Virus record (IMG/VR): IMGVR_UViG_3300027776_000002 | Coordinates: 10,414 to 74,413 of that record | Strand: one strand, 5' to 3' | Source of the DNA: a virus | Lineage: Duplodnaviria; Caudoviricetes | Length of the DNA: 64,000 nucleotides | Shown: one piece after another, positions 8,184 to 15,726 of the stretch | Position numbering within the stretch: position 1 is the first letter of the stretch | Layout: every line of letters begins with the position of its first letter | Position numbers and translations under genes: made by a program | Notes under the pieces: generated by a model | Seen by the model: the letters and a program-made list of their open reading frames with translations, nothing else | What the model was told of the DNA's origin: nothing | The model's database searches: none

Positions 8184-8502
8184 TGGCGTGGAACTTACTT
8201 ACGGTCGGGCCTTACTTCCCATGTGCCAGAGTTCTTAATTCCGAGCAGTTGAGGTTCTCGGACACGTCGCCTAACACAGGCCAGTGTGAGCAGAGAAGTC
8301 TGATAGTTACACTTTCCAAACCCTGCTCGGGATGTGTAATCCCAAACAAAAAAGTCGTCGAAAGTGCGTCGAGGCTCGTTCTCGTGCCGGTACGATAACC
8401 CGGTCCCGAATCCAGATCTGCGCAAGTAGTTAATCAAATCTGATGGGTCTTATGCTTCCTGCTTGCATAGCTAGGCACGCCATCGCCGGATACAGTAACC
8501 GG
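8184..8502 (+). ncRNA. Unassigned structured RNA downstream of tRNA-Pro
   Basis: Helices TCCGAG/CTCGGA, GAGCAG/CTGCTC, GGGAT/ATCCC, GCCGG/CCGGC and long-range TGGCGTG/CACGCCA; no credible ORF. Confidence 0.4.
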
Positions 8503-8522
8503 CACTGAATCTCCACTAACTT

Positions 8523-8622
8523 TCTTTTCATGCGCTGCGTATTGACGAGTAGGTACGTAGGCCATCGACCCAATGGGGCAGTACCGCGAACGACGAAAGT
8601 CAGTGCGCAGCGCATGGAGAGA
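8523..8622 (+). ncRNA. Unassigned structured RNA with a ~24-bp terminal stem
   Basis: 8523-8546 pairs continuously with 8599-8622 using several G-U pairs; inner GGTAC/GTACC and CCAT/ATGG helices. Confidence 0.45.
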
Positions 8623-8735
8623 CGGGAACTGAAAAACACTTTCTTAGGTATCCGCCATATTGAACTGGTGTTGCGGACCCAGTTGATGAACATCCCGGAC
8701 ATCGATACCAAATTAAGAATGCATCTCCATTTAAA

Positions 8736-8847
8736 TATCGGAGCGTATATGTCGTCGTTGGCAGTGAAGTTTCGATAAAGCAATAGCTGTAATTCGGTCT
8801 TAAAATAAGTTGTTTGGACGCGGGTTCGATTCCCGCCAGGTCCACCA
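8736..8847 (+). ncRNA. ssrA: Permuted tmRNA, acceptor piece (5' boundary approximate)
   Basis: T-arm GCGGG-TTCGATT-CCCGC (8820-36), acceptor strand CAGGTCC-A-CCA (8837-47). Segments 8784-90 and 8809-16 are complementary to the coding piece. Confidence 0.9.
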
Positions 8848-9012
8848 TGAAACCCTCTCGTGTCGTAAGACTCTAAGGGCGTCGAACTGCAAGAAATTGG
8901 TCTCTGCATCTTCGGATGGACATATATGAGAGACTGCTCAGTAGAGGCCATGCTTGAGCCTCTGCGTTTACAGCAAGGTGTTTCTGGCCGCAGTACGAGA
9001 GGGTTTCATCAT
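8848..9012 (+). other. tmRNA intervening sequence (165 nt, structured)
   Basis: Perfect 15-bp inverted repeat 8847-61/8995-9009; internal GUAA and UUCG tetraloop hairpins. Confidence 0.8.
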
Positions 9013-9210
9013 GGGCCTGCAAAGGTTTCGACAGGCAATGGATATAAAGAACGCAGCTGGACAGGCGACTGACCTAATCAGCGCAAAACCTTAAACGCGA
9101 ACGATGATGCGTTTGCTCCACAGCTGCGTCTCGCAGCTTAAAAGAGCATGGGGTAATGGAGAAGCCCTATAACCAAAAAGACCCCGCGTGGTCCCGGCGA
9201 CACGGGACAC
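9013..9210 (+). ncRNA. ssrA: Permuted tmRNA, coding piece with tag ANDDAFAPQLRLAA (3' boundary approximate)
   Basis: 5' end GGGCCTGCAAAGGTTTCGAC matches the tmRNA 5' consensus; GGGCCTG pairs with CAGGTCC giving G3-U70. Tag frame 9097-9141 ends LAA-stop. Confidence 0.9.
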
Positions 9211-9315
9211 TAATTTCTATGCCATCTAATGCCGAGATTGGAATACGTAAGTAGATCCGAGTGAAAGGACAGGATAGACTGGCCCTGTTTAGATGACACT
9301 TTTCCGGAGAAATCC

Positions 9316-9486
9316 ATGGCAAGAAAAGAAAAAGCTGATGCTATTCAGTGGGCAATCAATCTCGCAGATAGTCAGATGAAACGAGATGCTCGAACACCTG
9401 AAGAGCGTCATTATATTTACGAGCTGGAAGATCTAAAGAGACGATGCGAAGGTGACGGCTATCGCGCATTCAGTAAACCCACCTAA
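9316..9486 (+). CDS. Small hypothetical protein (56 aa, MARKEKADAIQWAI...), not in the ORF track
   Basis: GGAG SD; open frame to TAA 9484-86; followed by a terminator. Confidence 0.65.
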   Translation: MARKEKADAIQWAINLADSQMKRDARTPEERHYIYELEDLKRRCEGDGYRAFSKPT

Positions 9487-9505
9487 GCGGTGGGTTTTCT
9501 TTTTT
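9475..9505 (+). terminator. Rho-independent terminator
   Basis: AAACCCACC/GGTGGGTTT stem followed by a T-run. Confidence 0.8.
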
Positions 9506-9613
9506 AGGAGATGTGTGATGTTAAATCCATCATTTGTTTTTCTTACGACAAAGAATTGCTAACAAGATCACCCTCAAACCACATTGGTACTTATACGAAA
9601 GGAAACCAATTCA

Positions 9614-10585
9614 ATGAACACCAAAGCCACAGCTACCATCGTTGCTGATAGCATCTCTCCAGATGGTATTCGTCTTCGTACATTCCAACTTCGCTATTGG
9701 CGTCCAATCCATTCCGAGTTGATGACACATCGAGTCTTCTCTCGCAATGCTGGATCAAGTCGTGCACGTCCAAGTGCAAAGATCATCGAGCAAGTTCGTA
9801 CTGATCCCTGGGGTCCAATTCATTGGGGAGCAAATGAACCAGGAATGCAAGCATCGAAAGAACACAACGAGTTGGTTTCAGTTTGGGAAGACAATCGTCA
9901 GGATCCATACAAGGTTGATAAGAAAAGTGCTTGGAAAAAAGCAGCAGCAAATGCAGCTAGTCTTGCGCATTCTTTCATGCAAGCTGGATACCACAAGCAA
10001 ATCGTGAATCGTTTGCTCGAACCTTTTACATACATCGACGTTCTTGTGACAGCTACAGACTTCAACAACTGGTTTGCTTTGCGAGATCATAAGGATGCAC
10101 AGCCAGAAATCCAAGAGCTGGCTCGACTGATGAAGTTCGCATCTGATGAAAGTCTGCCAAATCCAATCCATCTTGGTGAATGGCATCTGCCGTACATCAC
10201 GGCTGAAGATTGGAAGGCAGCTGAGCGTTACTGCCAGATCAACCGAATCACTCGTGACATGCCGTCCTATCAGGAGAAATTGGAGATCGTTCGTAAAATC
10301 TCTGTTGCTCGATGTGCTCGTGTGTCTTACAAGGCATTCGATGGCACAATCGCTCCAATCGAGAAGGATCTCGAACTATTCCATCAATTACTCGTAAGTG
10401 AACCACTCCATGCAAGCCCAGCTGAGCATCAGGCAACACCTGATGTTTTGCAATATCCAGAATGGGATGTCGAGAAGCGTTGCGATGTAGAAGAGATGGT
10501 ATGGGAACACCCAGAGTTGCATGGCAATTTCCGTGGGTGGTGTCAGTACCGCAAGATGCTCCCCAATGAATTCGTGCCGGGTTAA
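9614..10585 (+). CDS. thyX: Flavin-dependent thymidylate synthase
   Basis: HSELMTHRVFSRNAGSSRA ThyX motif, NRLLEPF, ARCARVSY, HASPAEHQATP. Confidence 0.92.
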   Translation: MNTKATATIVADSISPDGIRLRTFQLRYWRPIHSELMTHRVFSRNAGSSRARPSAKIIEQVRTDPWGPIHWGANEPGMQASKEHNELVSVWEDNRQDPYKVDKKSAWKKAAANAASLAHSFMQAGYHKQIVNRLLEPFTYIDVLVTATDFNNWFALRDHKDAQPEIQELARLMKFASDESLPNPIHLGEWHLPYITAEDWKAAERYCQINRITRDMPSYQEKLEIVRKISVARCARVSYKAFDGTIAPIEKDLELFHQLLVSEPLHASPAEHQATPDVLQYPEWDVEKRCDVEEMVWEHPELHGNFRGWCQYRKMLPNEFVPG

Positions 10586-10610
10586 CCGTCATTGCTTTTT
10601 GTGGGCAACT

Positions 10611-10639
10611 GCCCTGCTAGGAAACTAGTAGGGCTTTTT
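10611..10639 (+). terminator. Rho-independent terminator
   Basis: GCCCTGCTAG-GAAA-CTAGTAGGGC-TTTTT. Confidence 0.85.
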
Positions 10640-10661
10640 ATTTCCACAAAGGAGCAAACCA

Positions 10662-13247
10662 ATGTTAGTTGCACATCAAGATGATCACATCACTCATGCA
10701 GTCATCGGTGGTAAGAAGCAAATCAATTTCGGTATCTCAGACGATCCTGCATTCTTTCAAATCCTTTCTTCGGCTCTGTACAAAGATCCGATGTTGGCGA
10801 TGGTGCGAGAGACGATCTGCAACGCCTGGGATGCACATATCGAATGTGGTCGAGTCGATCAACCGATCCTCATCACTCTCGATGACGACTACCTGACAAT
10901 TCGTGACCACGGTAATGGCATCCTCGATGCCATGATCGGTCCAATCTACGGTGTCTACGGTGCGAGTACGAAGAAGAACGATGGTCGTCAGACTGGTGGT
11001 TTCGGTCTTGGATGCAAGTCGCCTTTCGCCTACACCGATCATTTCGAGGTCACTTCGTCGCATGCAGGGACAAAAACGATCTATAACATGAGCAAGTCAT
11101 CTGCTCAGGTACAAGGCAAGCCGAGCATCGTTCCAATCGCTTCGTTTCCAACAACAGAATCCGGCATCACAGTCAAAATTCCGTTGAACCCAGAAAAACA
11201 CAACAATCGACTTCAAGAATTGATTCGACAAGTCGTCTTCAATGGTGATATTCGTGCATTGTTTAATGGCACTCAGCTTCCAATTCTCGGATTGGACGAG
11301 TCCGAATGTGGTCTCGTGCTGTTGAACCAAGAAGCAAATTCCAGGACCGACATTAGTCACTTCGACAAAGGTCGAATCTATGTTCGCTACGGCAATGTGA
11401 TCTACCCCATCGAGAAGTCGAGTGAATTCGGTGAGCTTTACGATAAGGTCAGCAATCTTTTGAATCGGTACTACTCGTGTAAGCTCGTAATGCTGGCCCC
11501 ACCTGACAGCATTTCGATTACTCCGAGTCGTGAAGCACTGACCATGAGCAACATCACAGTAGATACTGTGAAAAAATTACTTATTCATTTCCTTGCTGTG
11601 TTCTTTAAGAATCAGGAACTCATGCATCGTCACAAAACGATGGTGTATGATTACGTAGACAATGCTGCAGAAAGAGATGCAATGTTACATATGAAACTCC
11701 CACTAGGTGAGTGGATTATTCCTGGTATTCCTAATCTAGTGCAGAACAAGATCCTAAAGACCACGGATCAATTTGCATTTTTGGAAGTATTACTTCGATA
11801 CAGTGGTCGTCGTGGTACTCTACAAGCAAATGTCTGGTTCAAGTTTATCACCAGATACTTGTGGAATCTTCAAGCAAAACACAATTTCGACAAGGGTCTG
11901 TTGCATCGTTGGTTTCGTACCATGCAGCAAAATCTCAAGAAAGTGAGTAATCCAAATGGAGATTACTATCTCCAGTCCGAGGAAAGTGAAATCGCCACCG
12001 AATGGTGGCGAAAGAATATTCTTGCTCCTTTGGTTCAAGAATTGATGAAGACTTTTCCTGGATTCGATAGAAAAAGTATGTATTTTTTGAGCAACAATAT
12101 TGAGCATAAAAGCTACAAAGAAAAAGAAATGATCCCTGTTAGTCAAGTTGTGATGAATACGCACACACACAACCTTGTGCACTTACTTACTCCAACCGTG
12201 ATTCTTTGTCACAACGCAAAGATGTTGCATCGTCGTTTAAAGAACGCAAATGAGGTGAATCTCGGTTGCAGTGGATCGATTGTCAAGAACGCTTATTTTG
12301 CAATCGAAGTAAGTCGAAAAAAAGATGTTGCAGAAAAAGCGTTGGAAAAGTTAAAGCTGATCCAAGGAATCGAAGTTCTTGATCTAACGGGGCGTTTGCC
12401 GAATGAGCAAACAGCCTATGAAGAAAGACAGGCTGAAATTCTGAAAGTTCGTGCTGATGCGGCTGCAGGGAAGAAGATTCATATTCCACTAGTGAAAAAG
12501 AACAAGGCAGGTCTAGTCCAATTCAATTACATCTTGGACAAAGCGAACAACAGGATTGATACAAAAATCTTTTCCGAAGCACTCGATCCTGATCGTCTCA
12601 CCAAACCAGAATTCGTAGTCTTGATCGCTACGGGCAAAGAAAGTCGTCATGATACTCCCAGCATTTCTGCTGCAGTTCTCCATGCAGCAGCAAGATTGTA
12701 TGGCGACAAAGGTGCTGTGACGAATCGTAGTGATACATACGACAAGTACATCGAGAATGGAGCCATGGATTTTAATCTGTATCTGGTACAAAAAATTTTA
12801 CATGATGTAAGTACATCTCCAACACTGTTGGAGTACCATTCCACCGATCCAATAAAAATGGAGAAGTATATTCACAGCAAGTTGGGTTGGTACAACCGAG
12901 AGCCGTCCGTTCGATTCGTTGAAATGTTGTTGCAGAACCCAGCTGTACAACATCTGATGCCTGCTGTTCCGGTGTTGTCAGATGAAGATCAATACCGCTG
13001 GGTAATCTGGAAAGAACTTCGTCAGATTACTCCACACTCAAAGAGAGCAGATCTGACTGCTATAGAAAAACAAGTGGAGGCGATCCCACTCAAACAGGAG
13101 ATCATTGATTTTCTTGATAAGCTGATCGTCAATCCGTTTCTCGGTCTCATTGACGTGAATTCTGCTTCCGAATTGCTTCGGACTCACCAAAATGATCCAG
13201 TTGCAACATCCAAGATCGTTGCAGTTATCCAAACAATTCTCAGCTAG
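10662..13247 (+). CDS. rIIA: rIIA-like protein (GHKL/Hsp90-like ATPase N-terminus)
   Basis: LYKDP.LA.VRE..CNAWDAH, IRDHGNGI, STKKND..QTGGFGLGCKSPFAY; followed by rIIB. Confidence 0.9.
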   Translation: MLVAHQDDHITHAVIGGKKQINFGISDDPAFFQILSSALYKDPMLAMVRETICNAWDAHIECGRVDQPILITLDDDYLTIRDHGNGILDAMIGPIYGVYGASTKKNDGRQTGGFGLGCKSPFAYTDHFEVTSSHAGTKTIYNMSKSSAQVQGKPSIVPIASFPTTESGITVKIPLNPEKHNNRLQELIRQVVFNGDIRALFNGTQLPILGLDESECGLVLLNQEANSRTDISHFDKGRIYVRYGNVIYPIEKSSEFGELYDKVSNLLNRYYSCKLVMLAPPDSISITPSREALTMSNITVDTVKKLLIHFLAVFFKNQELMHRHKTMVYDYVDNAAERDAMLHMKLPLGEWIIPGIPNLVQNKILKTTDQFAFLEVLLRYSGRRGTLQANVWFKFITRYLWNLQAKHNFDKGLLHRWFRTMQQNLKKVSNPNGDYYLQSEESEIATEWWRKNILAPLVQELMKTFPGFDRKSMYFLSNNIEHKSYKEKEMIPVSQVVMNTHTHNLVHLLTPTVILCHNAKMLHRRLKNANEVNLGCSGSIVKNAYFAIEVSRKKDVAEKALEKLKLIQGIEVLDLTGRLPNEQTAYEERQAEILKVRADAAAGKKIHIPLVKKNKAGLVQFNYILDKANNRIDTKIFSEALDPDRLTKPEFVVLIATGKESRHDTPSISAAVLHAAARLYGDKGAVTNRSDTYDKYIENGAMDFNLYLVQKILHDVSTSPTLLEYHSTDPIKMEKYIHSKLGWYNREPSVRFVEMLLQNPAVQHLMPAVPVLSDEDQYRWVIWKELRQITPHSKRADLTAIEKQVEAIPLKQEIIDFLDKLIVNPFLGLIDVNSASELLRTHQNDPVATSKIVAVIQTILS

Positions 13248-13255
13248 GAGGTACC

Positions 13256-14818
13256 ATGCGACAGCTCACTCGAATCGTGGCCGCAGTCGTGGACACGAAA
13301 AAAGCCATCCTCTATAAGGAAGATGGTACTGCTATCGAGATTTTTCAGGGCGACGTACGACTTCGCCCAATTCTCGAATACATCACCCCACTGCTGATCA
13401 AGCAGAACTACGCTGACATCGATCTCAGCACTCCAAATTCGTTCAAGGAATTTGAACAAGCCAGTAGTGGTTTTCGCTTCTTCAAAATTGCCAAGGCGAA
13501 GTTCAACGAACTCTTCCATGGAAAGAACAATCCAATTGATCCGACTGTTATCGGTTTAGTCCCCATTGAGAGCGTCGTAGCAAGCCGTCAGGCAGCCGTT
13601 CAGGAAATCATCGCCCATGCCACACCAGTCACTGCCGCCACTTTTAGCGAAGAGGGTGTGGCTCCTCAGCGACCTACTGCGGTTGATGGGCATACGCCGA
13701 ATGACAGTCGTCCAAACGATGGGCAGGATGGCCACTACGACAAACATCCCGATACCATCATTGCAGTGACACCAAAGGGTCGAGTTATTCCCGGTGCCGA
13801 ACGCATCAAAAGCCAATTTGATGGTGCCGTTAAAAGCGGTAGCACAAGGGGAATGGAAATCTTCCTGGAACGCATTGGTCGTGTAATTGACAAACGTAAG
13901 CATACTGTCGATGATCTTCTGCGATTCATGGAACGTGGTGATCTTCCAGTGGCAGATGACGGTACGATTATCATCTACAAAAAACTCTATCGTCGTGATG
14001 AACATTACGTTGATGCACATAGCAAAAACGTAAAACAACGAGTAGGATCGTTCGTTCATATGGATGAAAAGATGGTAGATCCTAACCGTCGAAACGAATG
14101 CTCGAATGGTCTGCACGTTGCCCGTCGTGGATATGTGGGCAGCTTCTCGGGTGATGTGATCGTGCTAGCAAAGGTCCGTCCGGAAGATGTAATTGCAGTA
14201 CCAGATTACGATGCCAACAAAATGCGTGTGTGTGGTTATCACATCATCGCCGAATTGGACAAAGCGCAGTATCAAGCCATCAACTCAAACCGTCCGATCT
14301 CTGCTGCTGAAGGTGGCAACAAACTCTTGAGTCGTGCCATTGCTGGTGATCACATTGGCGTGATCGAACACGTCAAGATCACACAGAACAATGGTGGTGG
14401 ATTGGAGATCACACCGAAGGGTGAAGCTGCTCCAACTGTTCCTACTCCCAAAACCGCCAGCAAGCGCCCCAACAGCTCCAAGAAGGCGAAGAAGAAGATA
14501 CCTGCCAAGAAGGCCAAGCCCAAAACGAAGCGTACTGTGAAGCCGCTGGAAGCGGCTCAGGCAGCAACGGATTCGCATGTCGATGTGAAGAAGGTTGTCG
14601 CCAAGACGAAGGACACCACGAAGAGTCTCAGCGAAGATGCACCAAAGCAAATCACACAAACGGATGTTGTGACTCAGATGTGGAACAAGGCTATTGGTGG
14701 TGACAAAAAGAAGGCGAAGGAATTGCTGGACTTCAAGAAAAAGGCAAAGAAAAGTTGGACGGTGTGGAATTTGCCAAATACCGCAGGCGATACGCTGAAA
14801 GCTCTACTCGATCCGTAA
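13256..14818 (+). CDS. rIIB: rIIB-like protein
   Basis: DLPVADDG.IIIYK, VDPNRRNECSNGLHVA, PEDVIAVPDYDANKMRVCGY; Lys-rich C-terminal linker. Confidence 0.9.
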   Translation: MRQLTRIVAAVVDTKKAILYKEDGTAIEIFQGDVRLRPILEYITPLLIKQNYADIDLSTPNSFKEFEQASSGFRFFKIAKAKFNELFHGKNNPIDPTVIGLVPIESVVASRQAAVQEIIAHATPVTAATFSEEGVAPQRPTAVDGHTPNDSRPNDGQDGHYDKHPDTIIAVTPKGRVIPGAERIKSQFDGAVKSGSTRGMEIFLERIGRVIDKRKHTVDDLLRFMERGDLPVADDGTIIIYKKLYRRDEHYVDAHSKNVKQRVGSFVHMDEKMVDPNRRNECSNGLHVARRGYVGSFSGDVIVLAKVRPEDVIAVPDYDANKMRVCGYHIIAELDKAQYQAINSNRPISAAEGGNKLLSRAIAGDHIGVIEHVKITQNNGGGLEITPKGEAAPTVPTPKTASKRPNSSKKAKKKIPAKKAKPKTKRTVKPLEAAQAATDSHVDVKKVVAKTKDTTKSLSEDAPKQITQTDVVTQMWNKAIGGDKKKAKELLDFKKKAKKSWTVWNLPNTAGDTLKALLDP

Positions 14819-14830
14819 GCGACTTCCAAG

Positions 14831-14870
14831 ATACCCCGAGTATAGAAATATACTTGGGGTATTTCTTTTT
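14831..14870 (+). terminator. Rho-independent terminator after rIIB
   Basis: ATACCCCGAGTATA-GAAA-TATACTTGGGGTAT followed by a T-run. Confidence 0.85.
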
Positions 14871-14887
14871 CACCCGAGGTAAATTGT

Positions 14888-15226
14888 ATGTCCACCGTTT
14901 ATCGCGCAAACCGGAAGGCAACCGACGCCGACATTATCCGAATGAACAGTGTCGGATTGTCACTGACTACTATTGCAGCTGCGTTGGACTGTCACCCTAC
15001 TACTATCACACTTCGTCTGAAATCACTAAAGATCAAACCAGCAGATACACGTCGAAGTTTCATGGAAGACATCTTCTTGAAGCTCACTCCCGATCAACAG
15101 GAGTGGCTTGCAGATCAAGTTACAAATACTTCTGTGAAAGACTACGTGCATCAACTGATTGTCGATAAGCATAAACAGACGCAGAACCAAGGAACCAAGA
15201 ATGAAAATCCAGGAACTCCCCCGTAA
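14888..15226 (+). CDS. Helix-turn-helix DNA-binding protein (N4-like conserved)
   Basis: GLSLTTIAAALDCHPTTITLRLK HTH pattern, then DTRRSFMEDI. Confidence 0.75.
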   Translation: MSTVYRANRKATDADIIRMNSVGLSLTTIAAALDCHPTTITLRLKSLKIKPADTRRSFMEDIFLKLTPDQQEWLADQVTNTSVKDYVHQLIVDKHKQTQNQGTKNENPGTPP

Positions 15227-15662
15227 TCCGCTGGCTGATACCTATCGATGGTTCGGTAAGGCGGTTTCAAAGCCAACGCAACAGAGCGTATCTGTGCAGA
15301 TCGGTGTGCACTTCGAAGAAGTAGGCGAAATGCTCAATGCAATTCAGACAGATGATTATGTTACTGCACAATACTTAGATGCAGCACAAAACACATTGGA
15401 AGGTTTAGCAAATCATCTTAAAAAAACGCATCCTGTGCTGCGGATTAAAGATCGTGTTGCTTTCATCGATTCGATTGCTGATCAACTCGTAACTGCAATA
15501 GGTTCGGCGTATATGCTCCAAATGGATCCTATCGGAGCATTGATCGAAGTGAACGAGTCGAACTACTCGAAGTTCGTCGATGGCGAACCATTGTTCGATG
15601 AGAATAAGAAGATCAAGAAAGGTCCAAACTACCGGAAGCCAGATCTCAGCCGTTTTGCTTGA
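15201..15662 (+). CDS. MazG-like NTP pyrophosphohydrolase
   Basis: HFEEVGEM, DSIADQLVTAIG, EVNESNYSKF...KIKKGPNYRKPDL. Confidence 0.82.
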   Translation: MKIQELPRNPLADTYRWFGKAVSKPTQQSVSVQIGVHFEEVGEMLNAIQTDDYVTAQYLDAAQNTLEGLANHLKKTHPVLRIKDRVAFIDSIADQLVTAIGSAYMLQMDPIGALIEVNESNYSKFVDGEPLFDENKKIKKGPNYRKPDLSRFA

Positions 15663-15683
15663 GCTTCTACCACGAGAACACCG

Positions 15684-15712
15684 AAGCCCCCATATTAGAT
15701 GGGGGCTTTTTT
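15684..15712 (+). terminator. Rho-independent terminator
   Basis: AAGCCCCCAT/ATGGGGGCTT followed by a T-run. Confidence 0.8.
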
Positions 15713-15726
15713 GTCGGAGATTTACG

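Noticed and set aside
8541-8601. Hammerhead ribozyme (TTGACGAG...CGAAAGTC resembles CUGAnGAG...CGAAA)
   Set aside because: The first core base is U rather than C, there is no stem III after GAAA, and TTGAC is sequestered in the long stem.
8815-8847. tmRNA 3' fragment as an attP/integration-site duplicate
   Set aside because: No integrase in the window, the phage type is lytic, and the exactly complementary 5' half with tag follows 165 nt downstream.
8600-8848. Minus-strand ORF MVDLAGIEPASK...
   Set aside because: It is the antisense reading of the tmRNA CCA end and T-arm, a typical spurious ORF.
8183-8951. Several short ORFs in the RNA island (8183-8398, 8195-8437, 8430-8951, 8530-8778)
   Set aside because: No SD, mutually overlapping, atypical composition, and they overlie strong RNA helices.
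9584-9613. Upstream extensions of ORF-track starts (thyX, helicase, primase, vRNAP, gp53, tail genes, gp2)
   Set aside because: Downstream ATG/GTG codons have proper SD sequences or stop-start coupling; the extensions overlap neighbouring genes or terminators.
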